Positions 1-15,100 of a stretch of 64,000 nucleotides of DNA are shown here, one piece after another. Each line of letters opens with the position of its first letter. The stretch's first letter is position 1. The notes under the pieces were generated by a model, which saw nothing but the letters and a program-made list of their open reading frames with translations, ran no database searches and had not been told where the DNA came from. Source of the DNA: Lytechinus pictus (taxonomy: Eukaryota). The stretch covers positions 8,186,001 through 8,250,000 of the forward strand of contig NC_087263.1 in the NCBI RefSeq assembly GCF_037042905.1, in the 5' to 3' direction. A program made the translations under genes and the position numbers.

Positions 1-85
1 TAATTTTTATCAACACAACCACCGGGAAATAATCCCGGATCTGTTTATTTCCTACACTTTAAAACATAAAGGGATTAACACCAAA

Positions 86-187
86 GAAGCTTGTATTACA
101 GTGACTGCACTTTAGAGTACTGATTTTCTTATTCATTTTTTGAGTAAAGAATCAGCAGTCTAAAGTGCAGTCACTATACAAGCTCCT
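86..187. repeat. Short imperfect palindrome (hairpin MITE-like)
   Basis: aagcttgtattacagtgactgcactttaga...tctaaagtgcagtcactatacaagct inverted arms. Confidence 0.6.
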
Positions 188-190
188 TAA

Positions 191-727
191 AGGTCAAGTC
201 CACCCCAGAAAAAGTTTGATCTGAATAAATAGAGAAAAATCCAACTAGCCGCAAATGCTGAAAAGTTCATCAAAATCAGATGTAAAATAAGAAAGTTATG
301 GCATTTTAAAGTTTCACTTATTTTTCACAAAACAGTGATATGCACAACTCAGTGACATGCAAATGAGACAGTCGGTGATGTCCCTCACTCACTATTTATT
401 TTGTTTTTTATTGTTTGAATTATACAATATTTCATTTTTTACAGATTTGATAATATGGACCAACTTGACTGAACCATATAGTATTAAACAATGCTAATTC
501 CACATGTTCGGAAGGACTTAATCGTTGTTTCACTTGACAATGAGGAGAAAATTAGAATATTTCATAATTCATATAATGAAATACAAAAGAAATAGTAAGT
601 GGATGATGTCATCAGTCTCCTCATTTGCATACTGACCAGGGTGTGCATTAACTATTTTGTGAAATTAAGCGAAACTTTAAAATATCATAACTTTCTTATT
701 TTACATCCGATTTTGATGAAATTTTCA
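191..727. mobile_element. Kolobok/T2-type MITE (right end truncated)
   Basis: TTAA followed by AGGTCAAGTCCACCCC; long internal inverted repeat. Same family at ~6150-6645, 28459-29004 and 38762-40538. Confidence 0.75.
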
Positions 728-1229
728 ACATCTAGTTTGTATTAAAACACGCTTTACATTAAATGATTTCTTTATTTGTGTAAATCTGATTTCATTTATT
801 TATTTCTATTTCGGAAAAAATGAATAGATAGTCAGCATAGTAAGAAATGGTATTCAATCAATTAATCAAAACTTTCTTTCACGATATAAACTTTCTGATA
901 TTTTCGAACAGTGCCAGTTAGGTTAGGCATTTTCATACACGATGTGATTGATAATCGCTTGCCTTGTATATACAATTTTGATCATTTATTATTCCAATGA
1001 CCATCGCAAAATACCAGAACCAAAGATACACTAATTGCACGCTCAAGCAAACCAGTGCGGTAGAAGTCTCGGGAGAACATAAAACTAATGTGAGGAAACT
1101 GTCAATTTATTTTCTGGTCTTGTAGTCACGTGATATGATAATGACAAGATTTATCACCATTTTTTAAAGGGGCAACATTTTTTTTTGTAAGGGAAAGTAT
1201 TTTAGAGATTTTTTTAAAGATGTTTTTAT

Positions 1230-2150
1230 TGTAATCTCTCAAATCAAAATACACTTTCACCTTTCATTCAAAAGTTGTACAAATTATTTGAAACATGATA
1301 AGAAATTATACAATAAGTTCATATCCCATATAGGTATACAAATTATACATCAAACCTCAGAGATACCGGAAATTAATACTGATGTTTCAACAATTATAAA
1401 ATGAAATTTTAACAATATGTTTTAATTGACATGAGAGAAAAAAGACAAACAAATTATGTTCAGCCCCCCCCCCCCTCCCCAGGCATAGAGCACCCTCCCC
1501 GTTATGCCTATTCTACATTGAAGTGACTCAAATTCCCCGTATTATATTTGTCTGCAAAAAAAAAAGAACGAATATGTGTTTTTTGTTTTTTGTTTTGTGG
1601 TTTTGTATTTCGCTGTATTTAGTCCTCTGACTCTCTCTATATATTTCTTTGATTTAGATTGTCCCATTTCCTTAAATGTAAAGACATTTTGCCTTTATCT
1701 AACGCCAGCATTTTTCTTCCCATTCTTCTTCTTTAAATTTCCTTTTAATTTAATCAATGGTTGTGAGTGCTCCCTTTTCCCTCCCTTTGAAGATTATATT
1801 TTTTACAAAGATTACAAAATGATTGACTAAACGTTCCTTTCCTTTCCTTCATCCTTAATTACCCATAAATTACCCATAAATATAAAACTAACATCTCCTT
1901 ACATTATCATTCCAAACCAAGCATCTCCTTAAATCATTATTTCAAACTAAACAAGCATATTTACATTCCAAAAATATATGGCGACATGCTTCCTCCTCTT
2001 TTTTACAATAACAACAAGGATACATTATATCTCTTCACAACATTTAACTTTTTTGTAAAGCATTTTCTGGGGTGTTAACTCACGGTTATCATTGCAATTC
2101 TATACGTAAGTATTCTAAATATTTCACTTAAAAAAATAATGAACTCAATT
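1230..2150 (-). mobile_element. Degraded 3' fragment of an L1/Tx1-type LINE
   Basis: Minus strand ~2020-1925 reads PCCYCKKEEEACRHIFLECKYACLV*, matching the CCHC zf-RVT motif at the end of L1/Tx1 ORF2. Boundaries approximate. Confidence 0.55.
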
Positions 2151-3607
2151 GCCCGTATTCTGAAGTCCGCTTTAAGTGAGGCCATGTTCTATAACTCCGC
2201 GTTAAATTATTGGAAGCCCACAATTTCAAAATTGCGTTCACATTATACTAGCCATACACCTTTGCTTGGTTTTCCTCAGTGGTTTGATGATGAAGAGTCC
2301 AGTTTCCGTAATTGCTCACCGCCCTTTCACACGGTTAAAAAAAATCGTAATTTGAATAATGATTCCAGTGAAAAATAATCATGCTAAATAATGACGAATA
2401 TTTAACACATATGAAACCAAACTAGAACATGATTATAATCACGAACGCTAATCACAGTCACGATTACAATAGCAATCATCATTACAATGATGATTCAAGA
2501 TTCACGTATGAAAAGGCCCGTAGTCAGTTATGGATGATGTTTCGAGTGTCACTATAGCTTTCAAATTGCATATGTACTGTTTTAAAAATAACCAAAACTT
2601 TAAAACATGGTTGTCAATCTGGAGTTCAGATTGTGAAAAAAATCACTTTCACAAATAGTGTTGATACAAAATATCGATGTTCTTGTATTGTTGATTCGAA
2701 ATAACATTTACTTGCGCTTTCACTACTCTTCCCAAATTATCACGGCATTTTTTCTGAATTTCCAAATAAGATGTATCATCCAACATTGAAAACATTCCGG
2801 GCGCATGATTGACTTGGCTTATTGTTCTTCAAAGTAAATGTGTAATTTCAAAACGACATTCATAAGACTGCATGAATATTGATAGACTTTATATCACCCT
2901 TTACTCTCCATTCACATATTGTAAAAACGCTGTGTAAATTTTAAGCACGTTGTTTAATCCCGTCACTCTAACGAAAATTTAAAACCTTTAAAAAAATTGT
3001 TTAAACTTTTGTATGAACTTTAATTCGACTTGTTTTATAATTTAAACAAGTTCTATAAACCGTAAACAACTTTTATAAGCCTTAAACAACTTCCTTAAAA
3101 CTTTGTTCAACTTGTTACAAACTTTCTACACGTTTTTTTAAACTAAAAACGTTTGTACATTGTATGGATTCTGATGACTCGCCACTACACTGCTTCCAGT
3201 TTTTTTAATTGCTTTAAACAACTCACTGCAAAAGCACCGGTGTTAGCTCAAGACCAGTCAATTGCGGGAAACACCATTTTTAATCGATTTTTTTTATTCA
3301 AATTTATTTATTTCATATCATTTATTTTTTTAACATACAAATTAAAAATGCAATCATTTAAGTGTTTAAGTACACCAGTTTGGTTTTTAACACCAGATGG
3401 ACACTCAAACAACATCTGCTACATGCATGTGTAGTGTTAAAACAACATCGGTGTGATTTTACTGGTTTTAATTGTTCTAACACTACGTTTTTTTTCGATA
3501 TAGATACCAGGTTGTTATCATATTAACAACGACAATTGCTAGCTGATTAAGTCATAGTGTGTATATGTTATAGCATATTAGATAGGGATTAATTTCCCAC
3601 CTTTTTT

Positions 3608-3715
3608 TTATTCAATTCATGTACAGTTTATTTCATTTTCAACAAAACAAAGTAAAGTGGTCGAAATAATTACAATGAACTTATACAGACAATATAAATT
3701 AAGGCATGTAAAATT
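3608..3715 (-). repeat. Interspersed retroposon 3' end; second copy at ~9395-9510
   Basis: Shared tttatttcattttcaaca...gtggtc.aaata.ttacaatgaacttat...aggcatgta with a (TTGAA)n-like tail. Confidence 0.55.
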
Positions 3716-4339
3716 ATGATGTCATTGTTATAGTTTGTTATGGTTATGTCTTTTTTAATTATTCCCATTGATTCTTATTCACTTAAGCATTTTTTAATTA
3801 CATCATATACTATTTCAAGGATTACCCGGAACACTAAATTGTCAGTAATTAAGAAAATCACAACTTCATTGAATTGTTTTCATTATTTGATCCTGGCCTT
3901 CGTTGTCCCATATATACATTTGCATGTTGCACAAAAAAGGCGAACGTGTTATTACAGTGCTAGCAATATTTGTATAAAGTGGCCTTAATTGTGTGGAATC
4001 ATACACCATGCAACATCAACAATATTTTCTGACAAAGTAATTATTGGAAAGGACACACGTGGATGAGCAGGTAGATAGCTGCATTGGGGGATATCACAAC
4101 TGCTCGTTTGAGGAAGTAGAGACGGATCTAATTCCGGCTTCAAACATACGCAGCTCCCGTCGAGAAAATGCTTAACAGGTTGGCAAACCAGTAATTTACC
4201 AATACTTTTGAAGAGTTGTATTACATTCTGACTGGCTTCGCCGGGCTATGGGAGTTTTTTTTTAACACGATACGGAGAAAATAGCAGCGTGTAGTGAATT
4301 TGAATATTCAGACGGTGCTAAAATTCACGCTAAGGAATT

Positions 4340-4445
4340 ATGAGGGATTACTACACAACGTGTGGTTTTAGGAAGTCACATCTAACTCTAATATCTACGT
4401 CACAATGGATTATTCTATCGATTCTCTTTCTGATGAGCGGACAAG
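4340..4445 (+). CDS. Exon 1: start codon and signal peptide
   Basis: MRDYYTTCGFRKSHLTLISTSQWIILSILFLMSGQ has a hydrophobic core. Donor AG/GTAGGA, phase 1, in frame with exon 2 (G-S-G-Q-I-C). Confidence 0.7.
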
Positions 4446-5409
4446 GTAGGATGCTTAAACGAAATACTATTGTAAATAATTCATTCAAGAAACATCGAGA
4501 GAAGATATCGAGAGAGAGAGAGAGAAAATAAATGAAATGATCTACCTGACCGCAATTTGTTTGATGAGCCATTTAGACATTCCGTCTCAGTCAGTGTCAG
4601 TATGCACATTAATTAGTCTTTTTCAGGGGTGTTGCATACTCGCTATTCGAGAAATCAATTCTTATCAGGACTGCTTAAGTTAATGTGTGCGGGGATTGGT
4701 GGGTTGACGACGAGGTGTGTGCGGGTGCATATAGAGGGTGCATGTGTGTGTTCGAATTTAGGTGCGATGTTTTGTCAAATGTGATGTGGAAAATTCCCCG
4801 TCTCACATTATTGACGTTTAAATTTTTTACTGAACTTTTTTTTTTGGAGTGGAGGGTGCTTTGTTAGCGTATCCTCTCACAGCAAAATACAATATTCATG
4901 ATAAATTAAAGTCACCGTAACACTGCACTGTGATAAGTGTGTGGACCGCATACACCAAGATATTGGACCAAATATCATGATATACTCGTAAATATGGAAA
5001 CGATGCAAGTTACAAATACCTACAAAGCAAACATTGTTTCAAACTGACTACCGAGGCTAGTTACCCATGCAATCAGCTTTACAATAGAAAATCATAGCGG
5101 TACAGATATGCTACTGTACCATTAGACATGTTAGAGAACTTTGCCTTCAGAGTACATTAATGTTTGGTACTATCATCATGGTAGCCTAGGTCAATGTTAA
5201 TCATGTATCGTCGGTCCGTAGTATTCTGAAAGGGGACCCAGGTCCAGATCCGACGGGGAGTAGTCCTGCCCCTCCCCTCTTTTTCCCTCAATTTTTGTTT
5301 AATTATTTTCTCTATTTTCTTAATTATTATAATTATTTGTTTTTATGTGATCAGAAATTGACCTACCACCCAGAGTGCTATTGTTAGTAGTAGAAGTAGT
5401 AGTAGTAGT

Positions 5410-5441
<32 letters not shown>

Positions 5442-8400
5442 TAGTAGTATTCTAGTAGACTAAGTAGTAGTATCATTACTCAGGGTCCGCGGATCGGTTA
5501 TGAAAGTGTGGGAGGGGGGGCTGACCATGCAAACAATCACAATCGTATTTATGGTAATTTTAAAAGTTTTGTACACGGTTTTGGGAACAAGTAGGGAGGG
5601 GGGTGAACCCCCCCCCCCTCCGGTTCCGCGGCCCCTGTCATTTACATTATAATCATCATCATCACTAGTAAGCTATTATCGTCATCATTATTATCAACAT
5701 CGTCATCATTATCAGCATTACTATTGATATTACTATCATCCATATTTTAATATTATGGTTTGATATACTGCTCATTTGTTTCGATGTAGGGAGTGGTCAG
5801 ATATGCAACACGCCTAATTGGAGAGAATTTGGCAAGAACCAGTACCTTCTAGTGAGTAACACTGGTAGAACATGGAATAATGCTAAGGAATATTGCCGTT
5901 CACAGGGCGGAGACCTCGCAGTTATAACTTCTCATGAACAAAACGTAAGTACTTTTTTCAGCTGTTAACACATCCATGTTTAAGGCAATACGTCGATGTT
6001 TTTTTATGTCACTTTGTTTAGATATTCATACAGGATCAGATAACATATACAATAAAACATTTACATCATTGAAACATTTAAACCTAATTTACAAACATAA
6101 GTAACAGAGGAAGTAAAAGTAGTCCAGATCCCGGCGCATTACTGCCGAGGCATTTCATCAAAATCGGATGTAAAATAAGAAAGGTATGACATTTTAAATT
6201 GGTGCTTTAAATACGCACATTGTGGTTGGTATGCAAATGAGGGGACTGGTGACATCACCACTTACTGTTTCTTTTGTTTTTCATTTTATGAAATATGAAC
6301 CACTTTAATTTTCTCCACATTTACATGTGAAACATATTTTTATTCATCCCTGAACATGTGGAATTATCATCAGTGAAGTTGGTCATAATTGTCATATCTG
6401 AAAAAAATAAATATCGTCTGAAATTCAAAACAATCAAAAACAAAATAAATAGTGAGTGAGGGACATCACTGATTCTCTCATTTGCATATCACTGACTTGT
6501 GCACATACATTTTAAGTGAAAAATAAGCGAAACCTTAATTGTCAGAACTTTCTTATTTCACACCTGATTTTGATGAAATTGTTATCGTCATGCTTCGGAA
6601 TTATTTTCTATTGATTCAAAGACCATTCTTCCGACGTGGACTTAATTTTTTATTTAAACTATACATGAATGTATCACTTTGTCATATTCTTGATATGAAA
6701 TCACACTTTTAAAGGCCACAGGTCAGTCAAGCTTTGGTATACAAATTATTAAGTTATCATTATAATTAAATAATTTAAGTTCTTGCTCCGGTAAATGAAT
6801 GTTTACGGAAAAAACAAATTTCAGAATTCTGTGTAGCAATTTGGCGAACGTCATGTAGCTATACCAGATGGAATTAAAAAAAATCAAAATCAATGAAGGA
6901 GGGGATATTATTTATTAAGTTGAAAAATGCGACTGTTTTTTTTTCTCGATATTTCGTGTAGAAGCTTTGTGTTACCCACCTAGCGCTGTCTTAAAGCAAA
7001 CATGATTAACCTGACCGACAAATGAGGCCCGGAGGCGCGTTTCCGTTTTACACCCTGGCGAAGGCAATCTCCGCAAAAATAGCTAAAAAGCGACTAGTGA
7101 AGTGTCTACGTTTGTGTACATTATCAGCTGGGCGCGCGATGTAAAAGTCCGCATCGAAGAAATCTGCAGAACATGTGAATGCATGTTCAACACGAACGTT
7201 TGCCTTGATCATTTGCCTTTGCCGAATTGCTGGTAATGTGCCCTCTCACTGTCATGGAAGAAGAATAACATATTCCGTCACCATTGTTGGTATGGCACTG
7301 CATTATTATATGAGTAGGATGTAAAATAGACCTTTGTTTATTTCTAGATGAAAGAAAAGCAATCATTATTATAGGGTATAAGTAAGACAATGTTTGTTGA
7401 TGCATTAGTAATGTACGATTAAGATTCTTACAAGTTTGATGAATATGTGTTCAAATAAAATTCAAGTTATGTTTTCAGTTGTTGGCAAGAAATCACTGGT
7501 GTAAATCCGTGTTGAGGGGTGGGGGGGATGACTGAAATAGTTTGGCATTTTTTTTTGCCATCATTTTTTTAGATATGCAAGGAATTCTAATTGATATGTC
7601 CACAGTGGCGTACCGTGGGTCACGGCATTGTGGGGGCAGCAGCAAAATTTTTGAATCACTGAGTGAGCGCGCGAAGCGCGCTCAGTTGCTAGTTATTCTG
7701 ACCTAATAGAGACATTTTAAGGACAATGTCATTGAACGGATATGTATCTCACTGATCAAATAATGCAAGCGCGAAGCGCGAGCTGATTTTTTTTTAAATT
7801 CACACCTAAAAAGGGACATTATAATTAAATTTGTGTAATCATGATAGGTACTTGTCTCGCTAAATAATGCGAGCGCGAAGCGCGAGCTGAAATTTTCGTT
7901 TATTTTGACCCCAAACAGCGAGATTTTAAGGAATATATTTTAGGAATCCATTAAAAGTATGCATATCTCACCATAGTCATCTAATGCGAGTGCCAAGCGC
8001 TTGCTGATTTTATTAGAATTACATCTGAACACATGAAACAATTTTTGTAGTCATTGCAATCATGATTATCATACGCATCTCACTAATCAAATATTGCGAG
8101 CGTGAAGCGCGAGCTGAAAATTTAGATAATTCAGATCTGAAGTGGGGCATTCTAAGGTTTCTTTCTAGGAATTAACTAGGACCATACGTATTTCATTAAC
8201 CAAATGATGCGAGCGCGAAGCGCGAGCTGAAAATTTTTGATATTCAGATCAGAAGAAGGGACATTTTAAGGACTGATTTTAGGAATTCATGAAGAGCAGA
8301 CATATCTCACCAATCCACTAATGCGAACGTAATCACAGAAGGAAATTTTTTTAAATATACGTAGACTATAACATGGGCAATCACTTTTGAGTCATGAAAA

Positions 8401-10437
8401 AGAAGCATATGTCACTACATAAAACAATGATAACTCAAGTGCTAGGAAATATATTTGGTTTATATTGACTTGAAAACGGGATATTTTAGTACAACAGGAT
8501 TATATATCTCGTTGAATAGACAATGCGAGCACCAGGAACAATGAAGACGTAGGCCCTGGGCAAATTATGTTTCATGAAGTTATGATAAAAATGTTTCTTA
8601 TGTAATGTAACATAACATAATTATAATATAATATAACATTATAATGAATAATATTTTTTTCTTTCCCACTACGTTTCTCTTCCTTTCTCCCTCTTTTCTA
8701 TTTTCCCCCATTTCCCCGTTTTTGTTTTGGTCAGCCGATGGGGGGAGCATGTGCCCCCCATGCCCCCCCCCCCCCCGTAGTTACGCCACTGTATGTTCAT
8801 ATGGCAAATACCCCTCCAATATTATTATCTTTTTTACCCCATGATGATTTAATGGTTTTATTAGAGATTACATTTTTAAAAATGTGACATTCCATCTTAA
8901 TCCCTTCCCAAAGACCCCAACATTGATGAATTGGAAGAAACGGGGGTTTCTCTTCAATGTTATAATATGGACATAAGTATTTCGTTTGGAAATGGTGAAC
9001 TGACTCTTTATTTGCATTTTATGATTCAATAATATTGTTTTATTTGTTAAGCGGTATTTTAGGAAGAATTTTCACCAATAAAACAATTATGTCTTGTGAT
9101 TTTTTTTTTATTTCTTTCGTAAAAAGTGGGGGGATGTTTGTACAGGCCACCCCCCCCCTCCTCGAAAATTGGGGGGGGGGGGGTATATCCCCCCACCCCC
9201 CCCCCCCCGGGATTTACGCCAGTGCAAGAAATTCTTATGAATTCATTTTTGTTTTTTGTTTTTTGTTTGATGTAAAGTATTGTAGTTTGAAGATGGTATA
9301 TTCGGGGCCTAAAACTTATCAAAACAGTGAATATGAAAAATAGATAAATTTCAGAATCTATTTTCTTTCTTTATGCCTCCAGTCTACACCATTAATTCAA
9401 TTCAATTCAATTTATTTTATTTCATTTTCAACAGAATAAAGTAATGCATGTGGTCAAAATAGTTACAATGAACTTATCATACAGGCAAAATAAATTGAGG
9501 CATGTACAATATATGATATTTATCTATAACTAAAAGTAGAACAAAACAGAGTATTATATATAAGCAAAATATCATAACCATTATAAAACAAAATTCTGAG
9601 AAAATGGAGAGATCCACTAAAAAGCAGTGCTTTTTATCAGGAACACCTGATAACCATGTTATCAGATGTTCCATATGTCTGTCTGTCTTACCGTAAATGT
9701 TACTGCAACAACAGTGATTGGATTTTTTTACCACAGTGAAGTTGCTGGAAACATCATGTTTTACATCTATTTGTGCACCGTTTGTCAATTACCAGTTCTC
9801 ATTATCGTGACAACATAGAACAGCTATCAGATATTGATGAAACTGGAACTTCATTATTTGTTATCCGATTTTGATAAAATTTTCAGCATTTTGCTCTGTG
9901 AATTTTACTCTATTTATTAAAATAGAAATATTTTCAGCCTGGACGATCCCTTTAAGGGGAAACTAACTGGACAACACTTTTTATGATTTTGTTGATTATA
10001 AATTGCTACAAGTAGTCTTTACTTTGTTTTCAATCATAATTATAATTAGTTGTAGTGGTGATTATTTTAGTAGTATTATTCAATTAGTATTATTAGTAGT
10101 CGTCGTCGTGGTAGTAGTAGAAATAGTACAATATAGTCGTTAATGTAGTTATATATTATCGATATTATTATTATTTATTATATTATTATAATCATTGTTA
10201 TCATCATATTTTTATCATGATTAGTAGTAGTAGAAGTAGTATATTTTATTATCATTAGCATCATTTTGAAACTTTTATTAATTATTAATTACATAGTTTG
10301 TCAATATTATCATGATTAGGCCCTATACTATTATTATTATTATCACTATTATTATTATTATTGTTAGCGCTATTGTTTTTATGAACAGAATTAGTAGTAT
10401 AGAAATAGTATAGTAGTAGTAGTAGTAGTAGTAGTAG

Positions 10438-10476
<39 letters not shown>

Positions 10477-12127
10477 AGTAGTAGTAGTTATAGTATATTA
10501 TTAATTATTTATAAGTATTACATTTTTTTGTTCTTGTTCTTCTTCGCCTTCGACCTTTTTCTTCCAAGTTATCATCATCATCAATATTATTATAATTATT
10601 TATTATAAGTAGTACTACTAGTAGTAGTAGTAGTAGTAGACTCACTGGCGTAAATCCCGGGGGGATGGGGGATATATTCCCCCCCCCCACTTTTCGAGGA
10701 GGGGGGGATGGCCTGCACAAACATCCCCCCACTTTTTACGAAAGAAATGAAAAAAAAATCACAAGAGATAATTGTTTTATTGGTGAAAATTCTTCCAAAA
10801 ATACCGCTTAACAAATGAAATAATATTATTGAATCATAAAATGCAAATAAAGAGCCAGTTCACCAATTCCAAACGAAATACTTATGTCCTTATTATAACA
10901 TTGAAGAGAAACCCCCGTTTCTTCCAATTCATCAATGTTGGGGTCTTTGGGAAGGGATTAGGATGGAATGTCAAAAAATGTTGAATGTATAATCTCTAAT
11001 AAAACCATTAAACCATTATGGGGTAAAAAAGATAATAATACTGGAGGGGTATTTGCCATATGGACATACAGTGGCGTAACTACGGGGGACATGGGGGGCA
11101 CACCCTCCCCCCCCCCCCCCCCCTCTATCGGCTGACCACAAAAAAACGGGGAAAGGGGGAAAGGAGAAAAGAGGGAGAAAGGAAGAGAAACGTAGTGGGA
11201 AAAAAGAAAATATTATTCATTATAATGTTATATTATATTATAATTATGTTAAGTTACATTACATAAGAAACATTTTTATCATAACTTTATGAAACATAAT
11301 TTGCCCAGGGCCTACGTCTTCATCGTTCCTGGTGCTCGCATTGTCTGTTTAACGAGATATATAATCCTGTTGTACTAAAACATCCCGTTTGCAAGTCAAT
11401 ATAAACCAAATATATTTCCTAGCACTTGAGTTATCATTGTTTTATGTAGTGACATATGCTTCTTTTTCATGACTCAAAAGTGATTGCCCCATGTTAAGGT
11501 CTTTGTATATATGAAACATTTCCTGTCCGTGATTACGTTCGCATTAGTGGATTGGTGAGATATGTCTGCTCTTCATGAATTCCTAAAATCAGTCCTTAAA
11601 ATGTCCCTTCTTCTGATCTGAATATCAAAAACTTTCAGCTCGCGCTTCGCGCTCGCATCATTTGGTTAATGAAATACGTATGGTCCTAGTTAATTCCTAG
11701 AAATAAACCTTAGAATGCCCCACTTCAGGTCTGAATTATCTAAATTTTCAGCTCGCGCTTCGCGCTCGCATTGTTAAGCGAGACAGGTACTTATCATGAT
11801 TACACAAATTTGATTATAATGTCCCTTTTTAGGTGTGAATATAAACAAATTTCAGTTCGCGCTCGCATTATTTGATCAGTTAGATACATATCCGTTTAAT
11901 GACATTGTCCTCATGTCTCTATTAGGTCACTCACTCAGTCATTCAAAAATTTTGCTGGTGCCCCCCCCCCCGCCCCAATGTCGTGACCCACGGTACGCCA
12001 CTGTGGACATATCAATGACAATTCCTTGCATATCTAAAAACATGATTGCAAAAAAAATGCCAAAATATTTCAGTCATCCCCCCCCCCCACCCATCAACAC
12101 GGATTTACGCCAGTGGTAGTAGTAGTG

Positions 12128-12184
<57 letters not shown>

Positions 12185-15100
12185 TAGTAGTAGTAGTAGT
12201 ATAGTAGTAGCAGAAGCAGTATATTCTAATTCATCGTTTAGAATCATTTTGAAACAATTTTTTATTTAAAACAACTGGACTTGTATGATGCTGTAGATTC
12301 TCCTTCGTTTTGTACTATTGTTATTATTCTTGTCTTATCATTATTATTACTGCTTACTAAATTAATTTTGGCTATTGCCCGAATTGTAGGCTTTTCACCT
12401 CCTTGTGTATCGGGGTACAAACGCCACTGCAAAATATGTTCGGATTTAATTCATATCCGTGGCCGTGTAGCCACTGAACTCTGTGCTATTATCAGTGGCT
12501 GTGTAGATTGCATACGGTGCAGTGTTATGTGCATGTCTAACCAGCGACGTGTGTAGACTCTTCACTAGTCGCTTTTTAGCTATTTTTACGGAGATTGCCT
12601 TTGCCAGGGTGTAAAACAGAAACGCGCGGCCCGGAGTAACCCTTGGACCTATGAAGAGATGGACATTCAACGCTTAGATAATGAATTCACTAAAAGGGTG
12701 ACTGTTATCGTCATCTGAATAACATTCCCTTCATAAACTAGGTTCCAAAAGAAACTTATTAAACTTCACAAGCGCCCTACACAAATTCCACTCAGTCAAA
12801 ATGATCGAAATTTTGACACAAACTAGCTTCAATAATTTTTACTAAGCACAAGTCATGTCAAAAATTAAGAGATTGGTTCAATCACTAGGAGGCTGTAGCC
12901 CCTCGAATCCATTGGTATCGGAGATAGGATTACACAGTTTACTAAAGTTCACAAATTGACCATTGTCATGTTTAAAGGTATTGTTTAACTTTGTGAGCAG
13001 CCGATTTAAAAAAATTATCAAACCAAGATGAAACATGTGTACAAGTGCATGTATCAGATCTTATAATATAAACCATGAAAACAACCATTATTGAGAATGA
13101 AAAGCTAAAACAACAAGGCAAACCCCGATTTTTCTAAATAGGCGTCTTATAGACGCCTAAATAGTACTCATAAGTGTATGGGATGAAATTAAGATGGTGT
13201 TTCCGGTTACTTTATATTTCAACTTTTGAAGCACTAAATAATTATTTTCGAACGCATTTTTTTCTGGGCTTCATTTTTGTAACATATCACAGACACATGT
13301 GACAAGTGTGACCTTCTATCTCAGATTTGTTTAAAGTCAAACCAATGTTAACCAATCATTTCAATGTCATTGATAGCCTCAATAACTAAGAAGTTTGAGG
13401 AACATTTCAAACAAGTAAATGGACGAGGGCGCGAAAGGACGCGCTTCGTAGTTCCTCCAGGAATTTAGACTGTTGTGCTCAATATTTTGGCAAAATGTAA
13501 CCTTTTGCACTTTGGACCATACTTTATGGAATAATCCACATCAGTCTACTAATACTGCTGACTACGCTGGACCCTTTGGAGCAAGGTATGACTATTTCAT
13601 TATACTGATTTTATTGTTTCAAATTAACGTCTCCTGATCGAGAAACTCACAATGAAAAGCAAATCAACTGCGAAGGGGTACAACGAGGTTGCTGCTACAA
13701 AAGGCCCGAGCGGCCCAGGGCGAAACCATGATGCCAAGCCTGTCGGAGCTATGCAAGCCTCGCCAACGCGCAAGCATCATGAGCAAAGATCTAGTGCGCG
13801 TTCCCGATCCCCGACGAGGTCAACAAACTCTCGATTCAGTGATGACGGGGGCGAAGAAGGGTCTGCTGCGTGTGAGGTACCAGGCGTCGAAGAAGGGTTG
13901 GAGGTGGCTATCAAAAAAGCTCTGCAAATTATTCTTCTAGAACAATCGTTCGTAAAAAACCTAGTCAGCTCCATAAAATCTGTTCTTGTGAAGGAAATTG
14001 AATCAGCAGTTTCCGATCATGTTGAGTCCATCTTATTCGAGAATGCAAATCTTCTGGAGGAAGTCGGTCGTCTAAAAAACAGAGTCGAGTCGCTAGAAGC
14101 TGCAGCTGATGAGGCGGAGCAGTATTCACGCCGCAATTGCCTGATTTTCAGTGGTATTGCTGAATCTGCAAACGAAGATACTGATGCCAAGATCATAGAG
14201 GTGTGCCAGAGGAATCTGGGTGTTACAGTGAAACAAGAGGACATCGATCGTTCTCACCGCCTTTCCAGCCATGCTGCGCTTGAGAACAAGCAGAAGGATC
14301 CTCGTAGTCGTAAGCCCCGGAATGTCATCATCAAATTTTCCAACTACAGGGCAAGAGAGGCTGTATACGCATCTAAGGCTAAGCTGAAAGGCCTTTCAAT
14401 TTACATCAATGAAAATCTAACACGGAAGCGATCTCAGCTGTTCTGGCAAGTAAAGAAGGGAAACCTCCCGCAAGTCCACAAAGTCTGGACTCAAGACGGA
14501 AGAGTAACAGCGATGAATAAGAGTGGGGAAAGAGTTGCTCTTTCAAGTGTAAAGGACCTCGGGAAACTTGACCAATTGAAGGAATGAGACAACAATATCA
14601 ATCAAATTCACTGAACTGTAATACTTGGTCTGCTTGAGCACACAGGCGAATTCCTGTTTACTATTTGCTTTAAATTGCACTATTAAATATACGATTTGTT
14701 TTTAATAACGTTAATCACTAGAACTTGGTTCTTATTTTATTGAATATTTGTATAAAATTACATTCATTACTTACACGTAATACTTTTCACTTGTTTTGAA
14801 GTGTGACAATTTACATTTTATTGTTATTGTTGCTGTTGCTATTTTGCACATATTCGGGTTTTTCATGTATATATATTTGATAATTAAGATGATTAATGTA
14901 TATAAATTGCTTAGAGTGGAGGAAGTAAAATCTCAACCTAATTTCAACATAAGATTTAATGATTAAATACCCATGTTCAATTTGTAATAAATCTGTTAAA
15001 ATAAATCAAAAGGCTTTGTTATGCACTGTATGTTCACAGTGGGTGCATATAGTTTGTGGCGGGGTCTCAAGAGAGACCTATGATTCAGATGAACTGTTTG

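Noticed and set aside
3580..4120. Possible promoter motifs (GGGATTAATTTCCC, CACGTG, GAGGAAGT)
   Set aside because: Short motifs expected by chance; the first does not fit NF-kB spacing; no supporting evidence.
4248..4265. Upstream ORF MGVFF* before the predicted start
   Set aside because: The transcription start is unknown, so it cannot be shown to lie in the 5' UTR.
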